This document shows, one piece after another, positions 1 to 8,930 of a stretch of 51,736 bases of DNA. Each line of letters begins with the position of its first letter. Within the stretch, counting starts at the first letter, position 1. The stretch comes from a virus (Duplodnaviria > Caudoviricetes). Made by a program: the position numbers and the translations under genes. The stretch lies in IMG/VR virus record IMGVR_UViG_3300043406_000030, positions 1-51,736 of that record; one strand, given 5' to 3'. The notes under the pieces were generated by a model. It searched no databases and was not told the DNA's origin. It saw nothing but the letters and a program-made list of their open reading frames with translations.

Positions 1-227
1 ACACTCCTGGCACCACAGGCGTCACGATGTCTACGGACTTGCTGAACGTGCGCGGCGACATTGCTGCGACCGGCGCTGCAGCCCGATGCGTCGATCTTCG
101 CCTCAACGGCAAGAGCAACAGTTTCCTTGAGTTGACGATTTCAGATCACGTGTTCGGAATGGCAACATAATTTAAGGAGTTTTCAATGTCAAGCGGTCCT
201 TTTGATTCTGGTAGTTTTGGTGATCTT
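1..227. repeat. Terminal overlap, copy 1 (circular assembly)
   Basis: Identical to 51510-51736 except G100 vs A51609; falls inside genes, so it is an assembly overlap rather than a biological DTR. Confidence 0.95.
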
Positions 228-1106
228 CTCGACAAGAGAATCACCAAACTGTTTTATGACGAACTGAGCCAACTTCCTGAGCGTGTCAGCGAGTTCTACT
301 CTATGGAGAAATCGTCCGATTCGTTCGAGAAGTGGTCCGGCGTTGGCGAACTTGGAGATTTCTCTGAGTTCAATGGCTCTGTCAACTATAGCTCCCAATC
401 GCAGGGCTATGACGTAACCGCCGAACACAAGGTTTTCGTCAACGGCTTGCAGGTCACTCGTCAGATGTATGACGATGATCGGCACGGCATCTGGGAACGC
501 AAGGCTCCTGGTCTTGCGAATTCCTATTACAGGAAGCGCAACGAGCATGCCTCACGTGTCTTCAATTATGCGTTCAGCAATGACACGTATTTCTACAACA
601 ACAGCGAGGCCGTGCCGCTCTGCAGCGACAGCCACACGACAAACTCCGGCGCGTCTACAGCAGTCGGGTTTGACAACTTGACCACAGCCGGGTTTAGCGC
701 AACCGCGTTGTCCGCGCTGCGCACACAGATGCGGCAGTTCCGTGGCGACATCGCCAACAGGATTTCTGTCATGCCTGACAGGCTGATCTATCCGATTGAG
801 CTTGAGGACAGGGTTGAGGAAGTCTTGAAGTCTCAGAAAGATCCTGGCAGCGCCAACAACACCTATAACCCGCAGGGGAACGGTCGTTGGACAGGCACTG
901 CTTGGGAGTATCTGACTGACGCAAATAACTGGTTCATGACAGACTCCAAGAACATGAAGCAGTGGCTCATCTGGTTTGATAGGACTCCTCTGGAGTTCGG
1001 CAAGGCTGAAGAGTTTGACAGCTTCATTGCGAAGTGGCGTGCATACTGCCGCTACTCATACATGTGGGTCAACTGGCGCTGGATCGCTGGCGCTGAGGTA
1101 GCGTAG
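186..1106 (+). CDS. Major capsid protein (HK97 fold, Mu gpT-like family)
   Basis: 306 aa; AAGGAG RBS; pattern E..W.G.GE...F.E..G.V.Y...QGY...H..F..GL.VTR.MYDDD and P.RL..P..L; lies downstream of scaffold and decoration genes. Confidence 0.85.
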   Translation: MSSGPFDSGSFGDLLDKRITKLFYDELSQLPERVSEFYSMEKSSDSFEKWSGVGELGDFSEFNGSVNYSSQSQGYDVTAEHKVFVNGLQVTRQMYDDDRHGIWERKAPGLANSYYRKRNEHASRVFNYAFSNDTYFYNNSEAVPLCSDSHTTNSGASTAVGFDNLTTAGFSATALSALRTQMRQFRGDIANRISVMPDRLIYPIELEDRVEEVLKSQKDPGSANNTYNPQGNGRWTGTAWEYLTDANNWFMTDSKNMKQWLIWFDRTPLEFGKAEEFDSFIAKWRAYCRYSYMWVNWRWIAGAEVA

Positions 1107-1119
1107 TCTACACTCCGGG

Positions 1120-1196
1120 GCACTCGTAGCTCAGTTGGTAGAGCAGCGGTTTTGTAAACCGCAGGTCGCCGGTTCAATTCCTGGCCGGGTGCTCCA
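1120..1196 (+). tRNA. tRNA-Thr(UGU)
   Basis: Cloverleaf: GCACTCG/CGGGTGC acceptor, GCTC/GAGC D arm, GCGGT-TTTGTAA-ACCGC anticodon arm, GCCGG-TTCAATTC-CTGGC T arm (8-nt loop), encoded CCA. Confidence 0.92.
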
Positions 1197-1205
1197 AAGG
1201 AGTTT

Positions 1206-1352
1206 ATGCAAGACATTACACCAAGTCCGAAAAAGCCGCGCAAGCTAAAGCCAAGGGCGAAAGTCCCGCGCGTCAAAGCGCAGACTGGTGCGGCAACAGT
1301 CAAGAAAAACTGGACGAATTCAGACATAGACCAGTCGTACACCAAAGTCTGA
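1206..1352 (+). CDS. Small basic protein (48 aa; not in ORF track)
   Basis: AAGGAG RBS then ATG; MQDITPSPKKPRKLKPRAKVPRVK...; fills the gap in the late operon. Confidence 0.6.
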   Translation: MQDITPSPKKPRKLKPRAKVPRVKAQTGAATVKKNWTNSDIDQSYTKV

Positions 1353-1407
1353 CACGACACCAGGGGCGCGTGGTGAGTCGTGAACATAATCGTGCCACAA
1401 GGAGTAT

Positions 1408-2379
1408 ATGGCATTTTTAACTAAGTATGGTTCTGCATGGGGCGCGGTCCCGATGTCGTTTGGAAAAACGATTTGGGTCTCGCCTTCTGCTTCGTACACA
1501 ATTGACGGTCGCACATGCGAAGCGAGCAACGACAACGACGGGCTGCACCCCGAGCGTGCTGTGCGCACAATCGCACAGGCCGAAGCTCTTGCAACAGCCA
1601 GCGCGGGCGATGTAGTCTTCTTGCTTCCTGGTACGCACACGTCGGCAGCGGCGGCGTTGACCAAGGCGGGTGTGACCTGGATAGGGCTTCCGTATTTCCC
1701 TGCAGCCGTTGTCGGCGGGTATCATGGTTGGCAACCTGAAGTTACCGTAACAGGTTCGACCGACATCGCGATTGCACTGACTGCAGCGGACAATAAGTTT
1801 TACAACATTCGCTTCCTCCCTGTTACAGCAAAGACTGCTGTGACGATGACAACTGCGGCTGCGCGAACAAAGTTCGTGCATTGCATGGTTGATAATACAG
1901 GTGTTACTGGACACGCCAGCACTGCCGGCATTGTCGTGACAACTGCGAACTTGCCTCGCGGCGTACACTTCATGGGCTGCTTGTTCAAGGATGCCTCTGT
2001 CACTACGTCGAACGGCGCCGCGCTGAACCTCGCGGCTTCGGTAGATTTCTGGATCTACAAATGCACGGTCTACAAGGATGGTCAGATTGCGTCAGGCGTC
2101 GCCTGGACGACAGCGATTGTCCTTGAGGCTGGATGCACGGGCACTTTTGAAGAGATGAACTACATCGGCAGCGAAATATCTGTCGGCACAACGAAGGTTG
2201 TCACGGCAGCGGCTCTCACAGGTGCCGGTGTCGTGCACGCTATTCGTTGCACCATGACCGTCAACACTGGCGGGTTGCTGTTTGACGACTTCGCGGCTGC
2301 CGACATGGATCTCTGCTTGAACTATGTTGCCACCGTTGCAGGCGGCACCGGCGGAACGCTTATCACTGCATCTACATAA
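1408..2379 (+). CDS. Beta-helix (pectate-lyase-like) protein, putative head spike/fibre
   Basis: AAGGAG RBS; N.DG..PE.A..TI.QA.....AGDV..L.PG.H motif typical of right-handed beta-helix N-termini; Thr/Ala/Gly rich. Confidence 0.6.
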   Translation: MAFLTKYGSAWGAVPMSFGKTIWVSPSASYTIDGRTCEASNDNDGLHPERAVRTIAQAEALATASAGDVVFLLPGTHTSAAAALTKAGVTWIGLPYFPAAVVGGYHGWQPEVTVTGSTDIAIALTAADNKFYNIRFLPVTAKTAVTMTTAAARTKFVHCMVDNTGVTGHASTAGIVVTTANLPRGVHFMGCLFKDASVTTSNGAALNLAASVDFWIYKCTVYKDGQIASGVAWTTAIVLEAGCTGTFEEMNYIGSEISVGTTKVVTAAALTGAGVVHAIRCTMTVNTGGLLFDDFAAADMDLCLNYVATVAGGTGGTLITAST

Positions 2380-2414
2380 AACAGTCTAGTCGTGCTAATC
2401 GTTGGATTCAACGT

Positions 2415-2441
2415 AGGAGGGGGCTTCGGCCCCCTTCTTTA
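2415..2441 (+). terminator. Intrinsic terminator-like hairpin
   Basis: AGGAGGGGGC-TTCG-GCCCCCTTCT followed by TT. Confidence 0.7.
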
Positions 2442-2452
2442 ACCAGCTTCGG

Positions 2453-2481
2453 CTGCGGGATCGCTGGCCCTATCAGCGCAG
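2453..2481 (+). promoter_or_regulatory. Conserved leader motif, copy 1
   Basis: CTGC-GGGATC-GCTGG-CCCTA-TCAGC-GCAG; same architecture as 49664-49696. Confidence 0.5.
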
Positions 2482-2499
2482 GAGTTAAAGGCACCATAC

Positions 2500-3264
2500 A
2501 TGAAAGACCTCAAAGCGCCACTATTCAGGCACAGTCAACGAGAAGAAATCAAGAACAACATCCGCGAAGCAGAAGAAGGCTTGCAGTTTGCCAAGCAAGA
2601 AGAAAAAGGCACCATACGGGCCAACATCGCAAAGTCAAAGCGGAGTCTTGAGCAAGGATCTCCTGAGCCGTTGACGGGCAAAGAGAAGGACACTCTAGCT
2701 GCCCTCGAAAAGAAGCTGTTGAACCGCATCACCACGAATATGCCGACTGCAGAAGTGATGCGCAAGAACAATGCCGGCGCTGTCGATTGGCACACAAAAT
2801 GGGAGAAGCACAACAAGTCTCTCGTTCGCATGTGGAAGAACATCCGTATACAACTCAACCCGGACAACTCTGACCGCGACTTGACAAACCTCGAACGGTA
2901 TCGCCCTGCAGGTCAAATGGACCGCATGCGATCAGATGCGCAGATACCAGGCGTGATTTCTTTCGGCAGCGTGCCTGACGAGAACTGGCCGTTTGACGCC
3001 CCGCAGAATACCGCGCTCGCGCAGGCTCAGAAGAACTTTGACGCTCAGCAGGCCGAGACTGAGGTAAACGCCGCGTTAGACTCGTTCGATGAGCGAGATG
3101 TTGCGCAAGAGGTTGAGGAAGGCGAGAAAGTTCCGCTGACGCCCGAGCATCATGCCGAACTTGTGCAGCGATTATCGAAGGCGCGAGAAGTGTTGAAGCA
3201 AAAGCGCGAGTCCGAGCGTCAACTAGACGAAACAATGAAGGCCGCTCCGGTCCACGTGGACTAA
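2500..3264 (+). CDS. Hypothetical protein (helical, charged)
   Basis: 254-aa ORF in the late operon; no family recognised. Confidence 0.75.
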   Translation: MKDLKAPLFRHSQREEIKNNIREAEEGLQFAKQEEKGTIRANIAKSKRSLEQGSPEPLTGKEKDTLAALEKKLLNRITTNMPTAEVMRKNNAGAVDWHTKWEKHNKSLVRMWKNIRIQLNPDNSDRDLTNLERYRPAGQMDRMRSDAQIPGVISFGSVPDENWPFDAPQNTALAQAQKNFDAQQAETEVNAALDSFDERDVAQEVEEGEKVPLTPEHHAELVQRLSKAREVLKQKRESERQLDETMKAAPVHVD

Positions 3265-3286
3265 CCAGCAGCGGTAAAGGATTATA

Positions 3287-4321
3287 ATGGCTTTTCCGTT
3301 TCTATTTGAATCGAATTTTGAAGGCGGGACAAACGCAGAGTGGGACAGCGAAACAGACACCGAGGGTGTCCTAAACATTCGCCACTATTCGAGCCTCGCA
3401 AAAGAGGATGCGTCGAAAGTTGGCCCCATTGCCCCGTGGCGTGGCGCGTATTGCGCCGAGTGGTTTTTAACTGGCGATACCTCTGACCATACCCTGATTG
3501 AAGGCGACCTTGACATCGCAGACGATGTGACGCGCTATACCAGGTTTATGCTATTCCTCGGCAAAGACTTGACCGGCGTGACAGACATTTTTAACATCTT
3601 CGAGCTGCAGGGAACTGCTGACGCGGTCGAAGCTGCCATCGGACTCCGCATCACGACAGGCGCGTCCGTCGTCGAAATCGGCATCGGGCAGACGGCTCCA
3701 GCGACGTTTGCGACACAGCCGCTGCACAAAGGACGTTGGTACACCATTGAATTGAAAACGCTGTGTGACACTGCCGGTGCAGGCACTTCTGACTTGTATG
3801 TAGACGGAGCCTTGGTGCAATCTATTACGACCATCACGAATACTGCAATTCTTCGCGGCGTGCTTGGCACACAAAACACGCTTTCGACGACGACAGGACA
3901 CCTGTACATTGACGCCTTTGCGTTTGACGATGCTCGATTGTATCCTGCGCGCGATCGCTTTCCGGTGACGCAGATCCTGACGAAAACAGGGCATGTCTTT
4001 GTCGGGCCTGGGTGGATCGAACTTGTCGCCATTCAGTCGGCAGCCGGGTCGGTGATTTGTTACGACACCGACACAGCAAACACCGACGCGGCAGACCAGG
4101 TTGTAGATCTGGATCTTGCGCGAGGGTTTGCGACCTACGAGGGTGGTGCGTATTTTGCGCGAGGGTGTTACGCAGTGCTATCTGGATCCAACCCGCGCAT
4201 CGAAGTGAAGCTGCTGACCAGCAACGCTGACCGGCGCAAGTTTGGCCCACACGCCTATGGAAGCACAGGCGCTATTCGTCAATACGGGTACAAGAGAAAG
4301 GCGAGGCCCCAGAATGTGTAA
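3287..4321 (+). CDS. Putative structural protein: lectin/polysaccharide-lyase-like beta-sandwich plus C-terminal jelly-roll-like domain
   Basis: F.SNFE.G....W N-terminus, GRWY.IEL...LYVDG...YID.F pattern; C-terminus resembles those of 4314 and 41123. Confidence 0.55.
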   Translation: MAFPFLFESNFEGGTNAEWDSETDTEGVLNIRHYSSLAKEDASKVGPIAPWRGAYCAEWFLTGDTSDHTLIEGDLDIADDVTRYTRFMLFLGKDLTGVTDIFNIFELQGTADAVEAAIGLRITTGASVVEIGIGQTAPATFATQPLHKGRWYTIELKTLCDTAGAGTSDLYVDGALVQSITTITNTAILRGVLGTQNTLSTTTGHLYIDAFAFDDARLYPARDRFPVTQILTKTGHVFVGPGWIELVAIQSAAGSVICYDTDTANTDAADQVVDLDLARGFATYEGGAYFARGCYAVLSGSNPRIEVKLLTSNADRRKFGPHAYGSTGAIRQYGYKRKARPQNV

Positions 4322-4865
4322 ACGTCACGCAATAGGTCTGGGGGCGTTGCTGTTCCTTGTACTGATACTTGCATTGCCGGGGTTCTCTGAAGCGGGGTAC
4401 AGCGCAACTGGAACTGGCGGGTGTGTAGCGACCGCCGCTGCCCCTTCTATCACGGAGGGCGCGCCAGCTCAAGCGTCTTGCGACTTGAACGCCAACGGCA
4501 GAGTCACGCTCGGAACCTGTTTCGGCGGCGACTCGCATTGTGTGAGCACCGATCCTGACAGCTATCTGCGAGTCAGAACACACACGACCCCAAGCGCCAG
4601 AGTGACATCGGATACACAGATCAAGGCATCTGCCGGCTGGGTGAGTCACCTGACATGCATGCCGACTGACGCCGCAGCCACTGCTGGCACAATTATTGTC
4701 TACGACAGTCTCACCGAAACTGGCACGGTTTTGCAACAGTTTGACGTGCAAGCATTCGCGTATGTTTACCCTATCGTTCTCCCGATCATGGCTGTCGCGT
4801 CTACTGGAATTTATCTAGGATTTACGACGACTGCCGACATGGCTTGCACGGTGTTCTATAAATGA
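4314..4865 (+). CDS. Signal-peptide protein, spike/decoration-like
   Basis: Start reassigned to ATG 4314: MCKRHAIGLGALLFLVLILALPGFSEA; C-terminal QIKASAG...IIVYDS...GIYL domain. Confidence 0.65.
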   Translation: MCKRHAIGLGALLFLVLILALPGFSEAGYSATGTGGCVATAAAPSITEGAPAQASCDLNANGRVTLGTCFGGDSHCVSTDPDSYLRVRTHTTPSARVTSDTQIKASAGWVSHLTCMPTDAAATAGTIIVYDSLTETGTVLQQFDVQAFAYVYPIVLPIMAVASTGIYLGFTTTADMACTVFYK

Positions 4866-5683
4866 TTCGCGTATGGCTGATCGCCTTGTTGATCGTATTA
4901 GTCGCCTGTCCTTCGTGGGCTGCTATCGTGTTTGTTGGGTCACAGACCGGCTCGTTTCTCGGCACCAACTCTAACCAGACCATAAACTTTGCGCTCACAG
5001 GTGGGACTGATGCAGCTCCGCTTGCTGATGATTTTGTCATTATCACTTATTGCTATGGGGGCATCGCAGATGGCGCATTAATCGTGGACGCGCCCGACAA
5101 CACAGACTACACGCTGTTTGGGACAGAGCAATACCGCGACGATACCTCTGATGTGAACATGCGTACAGCCTATCGTGTCATGCCTGGCACGCCTGAGACG
5201 CAATTCATTCTAGGTGAGACTGGCGCGGGCGGCTCAGCAAGCACCAACAACGGCGCTGCCTATACGGTGTTTGTGTTTCGTGGTGTTCATGCAACACCAT
5301 TGGAGCAAGCCGTACAACAGGGCGTGGGCTTTGACACAATGCTAGTCAATCCTGGTGGCATCACCCCAACTACAGCGGGTACTTACATCTATGTGGCGGG
5401 GTGTGGTGCATTGTCCGGCACAGGTGGTACCTATACACAAGGTGATTTGACTGGGTTCATTACATCGACAGCTGCTGATACAGTAGACGCCAATATCGGC
5501 GCGGGCTATCTGGCCTGGACCGCTGGTGCCTATAACCCTGCAACATTTGGCGGTGGTGGGACAGATACTATTCAAGCGTCCTACGCCTGGATGATTGTGG
5601 CACTGGCCCCAGCAGCAGACGTTGCCGGGCCTGGCGTGAGCGGAAACACTGGCGCATTGATGTTATTGGGGGTGGAGCGATGA
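4862..5683 (+). CDS. Signal-peptide beta-rich protein
   Basis: MIRVWLIALLIVLVACPSWA|AIVF; ends GALMLLGVER; ATGA-coupled to next gene. Confidence 0.75.
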   Translation: MIRVWLIALLIVLVACPSWAAIVFVGSQTGSFLGTNSNQTINFALTGGTDAAPLADDFVIITYCYGGIADGALIVDAPDNTDYTLFGTEQYRDDTSDVNMRTAYRVMPGTPETQFILGETGAGGSASTNNGAAYTVFVFRGVHATPLEQAVQQGVGFDTMLVNPGGITPTTAGTYIYVAGCGALSGTGGTYTQGDLTGFITSTAADTVDANIGAGYLAWTAGAYNPATFGGGGTDTIQASYAWMIVALAPAADVAGPGVSGNTGALMLLGVER

Positions 5684-6597
5684 TACGTATACTTGGGCTC
5701 ATCGTGGGGATGCTGTGTTATGCGCCGTTCGCTCAGGCCGCAGTCTTCTGGGACGACGAGATGGAAGGCACCACCTCAGGCGAGTTTTACTTTCAGACCT
5801 ATTACGATCAAGGCACCTACCTCATCGACACGTCGGTGAAGTTCAGCGGCACGGCATCAAAGCGTGTACGGTTTTTCCGCCCTGGCGGCGCAGTCGAAAC
5901 CTGCGATGTCACGCAGGCTGAGTTTAACGCTGGGCAACAATGCGGTGGTGAAGTGGGGCGGAGTTTCACGGCAAGCGCGGACGTGTACACGCGCAGTTAT
6001 TTCATGATGAGCGGGTCGAGTACGCCGCTGACTGCCCCTGCTGCGAACTGCCTGACGGGGGCACCGACAGATGCTCTGGGCAACTGTCTTTTTAAAAGTT
6101 CGACGCTCAGTTCAACGAAAATGCAGAAACGCCAATCCGCCGTAAACAGCGCGTTCACTGAGCAAAACATTCGCGGTTGGTGGCAGATAGGGAAGACTGG
6201 CGGAACAAACTTCATGATGTCAACTGAGCATGTGCCGACCTATAACTCGACGACCGATGTTCCGTTTGCGAATATTCAGTTACAAAGTAACCGCTGGTAT
6301 TGCATCGAGACACACGAAAAAGTCAACACGGGTGGGCTTGCAAACGGTATCGCGCAAGCCTGGGTGGACGGCGTGGAGGTACTGAACCGTACCACGGTAA
6401 CATGGCAACGTGCTCCAAGTTCCGCGACGCCTGGTAACTATTTATGGAATCAACTCGCACTCATGCGACAAAACGGGTTGGGTTATTTTTGGTGGGATCG
6501 CGTCGCAGCAGGAGACGCGAGAATCGGCTGTCTTGGTACGCCTTCGCCAACAGACATCACAAATCCAAACCCCCCAACTAATTTTCAGGCACAATGA
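5680..6597 (+). CDS. Signal-peptide polysaccharide-lyase/lectin-fold protein
   Basis: ...PFAQA|AVFWDDEME; NRWYCIE...AWVDG...WWD pattern; ends with FN3-like stub DITNPNPPTNFQAQ. Confidence 0.7.
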   Translation: MIRILGLIVGMLCYAPFAQAAVFWDDEMEGTTSGEFYFQTYYDQGTYLIDTSVKFSGTASKRVRFFRPGGAVETCDVTQAEFNAGQQCGGEVGRSFTASADVYTRSYFMMSGSSTPLTAPAANCLTGAPTDALGNCLFKSSTLSSTKMQKRQSAVNSAFTEQNIRGWWQIGKTGGTNFMMSTEHVPTYNSTTDVPFANIQLQSNRWYCIETHEKVNTGGLANGIAQAWVDGVEVLNRTTVTWQRAPSSATPGNYLWNQLALMRQNGLGYFWWDRVAAGDARIGCLGTPSPTDITNPNPPTNFQAQ

Positions 6598-8912
6598 TAC
6601 TGATTAAAACTCTCCTGGTCCTATGCATGCTGGTTGTCCCGGTCTCAAGCTGGGCCGCTATCGCGTTTGTGTCGCAGACCGATGCAACGGCTGCTGAGAA
6701 TGTGGCGAGCGTCACCTATAGCCAGGTCGTGTCGGCTGGATCTGATCGAGCCTTGTACGAGTGCATTACCTATCGGCAAAACGGTGGCACAAATAAAACT
6801 GTTTCATCGGTAGTATTTAATAGCAACGAGTCGTATACGCACATACGTACTGATACACAATTATCTGGCACGAACATCTGGTTTAACACATCGTTGTGGC
6901 GGCTGGTTGCTCCCACTGTTACGACCGCCAACGTAGTCACAACCTTTAGTGGAACAGTGAGCCGAAATATAGGCGTGAGCGGATCGCTGCTTACCGGGGT
7001 CAGCCAATCAAGTCCAGGTGATTCTAACGCGGGAAGTGGAGGCGTCGGCACAACGGCATCGGCAATTATCACGACGGTAGCAGATAATGCCGCAATCATT
7101 GGGTGTTTTCTTGGGCGTGGAAATGCCGGGCTGACTGTTGGCTCTGGCGAAACGGTACGAACAGACCGTATTATCGGCAACGATATTGATGGAGTGCTCG
7201 TGTCTACGTTGATACCAAAGACCCCAGCGGGAGCGCATACCGTAGACGCAACGCAGAGTTCAGCAGAGGAGTGGGTAGTCAGCGCGGCGTCTATAACCCC
7301 GAGTGGCGGCAGTGACCCTGCACCAGCAGAGAATGGACTTGTTAGTCTCAGTTGGACCAACGGCACGGACCCTGGCAACCCATCAAGCGGAATCGCAAGC
7401 ACATCAATTCGGCGCTGTGCCGGTGCGAGTTGTACGCCGCTGAATGTGCTCGCAACAATTACCTACCCCGTTGCGGCCTATCAAGATACCACTGTTTCCA
7501 TTAACACAACGTACGGCTATAACGCGTACCATACGGACAACGTAGGACTTCCAAGCAGCAGCACCGCGACCGCCTACGTCACCACATCGGCCACGCCGCC
7601 GACAGAGGCTCCACAGATTCTCAGCGCGGTAGCTGATGCGACGGGCGCAGATCTCGGCTATGGCTCAACGCCGCCAACAGAAGTAGAAGTCACCACGTTT
7701 ACCACCACGCAGGTTGTATCGGACCAGAAATATCCCATTGCCTCATTTCCAGGTGGCCGCTTTACGCAAACGTGGCTAGACGGACTGCAAGGGGCGTGCT
7801 TCTTTGCCGTAGGGTCAACCGGCGTCACGAACACCGACCCGCTCTATTACCGTTGCGTGAATCTTACGACAATCGTTGGGTCACTTGACGAATCCCCGCC
7901 CATCATCTCAAATTGTCAACCTACGACCAATCTGGCTGCTGGCACCACATCGTTTGATTTCTCGTGCCAAGTCAACAAGCCGTCGCTTGCTCGATTCAGC
8001 ACGACAGACGGCACGTATGCGTCGATGTCAAGCCAGATGACGCTGAACGGTTTGACGTTAACAGGTACGCAAACAGGGTTGACGAATGGCAGCACGACGA
8101 TTGTCTATGTGCGCGGGGCCTACTGCGACACGTTTGACACTGACTGCTCAGCCCTCCACGAAGTCGCGAGCAGCACAGCCGTCACGCTCACGGTAAATTC
8201 TGGCGGAGATACCACGCCGCCTGGGAATGTCGCGAACCTGGCCTGTACGGCAATTGGCAACGCTGTTGAATGTACCCACGACAGCGCGACTGACGCTGTG
8301 GTGTATCGGGTCTTTTTGTCAACCGGAGCCTGCTCGACGTATACAGCAGCGGGCGACAATGTTGCTACCAGCTTTACGTTGAACAATTTGGCCTTCAGCA
8401 CGGTGCATTGCATCAAGGTCAAAGCCCTCGATGTTGCAAACAATCTCTCCGCCGCATTCAGCAACACTGAAACGGAAACGACATCAGGGCAACCCAGCAG
8501 CGGCATTGTGCCAGATATGCTTGATTTTGCGGTCACTGTTGGTGGATCGGCAAGTTTGATTACCTCATGGCAAGCACAAGGCAGCGCGAGTGGGGGTTTG
8601 CTGTTTGCGAACATTGAGCGATGTCAAGTCGCAGCAGGGCAGCAAGATTGTGCAAATTTCCAAGTCATCGTCACAAACTATGCTGGCAACTCACTGCAAG
8701 CAAGTCTGACGCCAGATACGCGGTATTGCCTACGAGGGAAACATTCAGACGGCATCGTGGGTGTATCCGTCAACTATACCGCCAGCGTGTGCGCGACGAC
8801 GCAAGACACTGGGCTTGATGCCCCTAGCCCTGCGCTGCCATTCTCCGCAAGTCGTCCAGTTCCGTCAGCGCCACGACCTGTTCCTTCAGTCGCGCGACCC
8901 AAAAGACCGTAA
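6594..8912 (+). CDS. Signal-peptide multi-domain FN3/Ig-like protein
   Basis: ...VSSWA|AIAF; FN3 signatures (VSLSW...YQDT.V....YGY; DTTPPGNVANL...Y.VF...VKALD.A.N.S); paired Cys; RPVPS tandem repeat at the C-terminus. Confidence 0.75.
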   Translation: MILIKTLLVLCMLVVPVSSWAAIAFVSQTDATAAENVASVTYSQVVSAGSDRALYECITYRQNGGTNKTVSSVVFNSNESYTHIRTDTQLSGTNIWFNTSLWRLVAPTVTTANVVTTFSGTVSRNIGVSGSLLTGVSQSSPGDSNAGSGGVGTTASAIITTVADNAAIIGCFLGRGNAGLTVGSGETVRTDRIIGNDIDGVLVSTLIPKTPAGAHTVDATQSSAEEWVVSAASITPSGGSDPAPAENGLVSLSWTNGTDPGNPSSGIASTSIRRCAGASCTPLNVLATITYPVAAYQDTTVSINTTYGYNAYHTDNVGLPSSSTATAYVTTSATPPTEAPQILSAVADATGADLGYGSTPPTEVEVTTFTTTQVVSDQKYPIASFPGGRFTQTWLDGLQGACFFAVGSTGVTNTDPLYYRCVNLTTIVGSLDESPPIISNCQPTTNLAAGTTSFDFSCQVNKPSLARFSTTDGTYASMSSQMTLNGLTLTGTQTGLTNGSTTIVYVRGAYCDTFDTDCSALHEVASSTAVTLTVNSGGDTTPPGNVANLACTAIGNAVECTHDSATDAVVYRVFLSTGACSTYTAAGDNVATSFTLNNLAFSTVHCIKVKALDVANNLSAAFSNTETETTSGQPSSGIVPDMLDFAVTVGGSASLITSWQAQGSASGGLLFANIERCQVAAGQQDCANFQVIVTNYAGNSLQASLTPDTRYCLRGKHSDGIVGVSVNYTASVCATTQDTGLDAPSPALPFSASRPVPSAPRPVPSVARPKRP

Positions 8913-8930
8913 GACAACCAAAGGACAAAC

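Noticed and set aside
1-227. Biological direct terminal repeat
   Set aside because: The repeat cuts through the decoration and capsid genes, as expected for an assembly overlap of a circular contig
1120-1196. tRNA as attP of a temperate phage
   Set aside because: No tyrosine or serine integrase or repressor recognised anywhere in the genome
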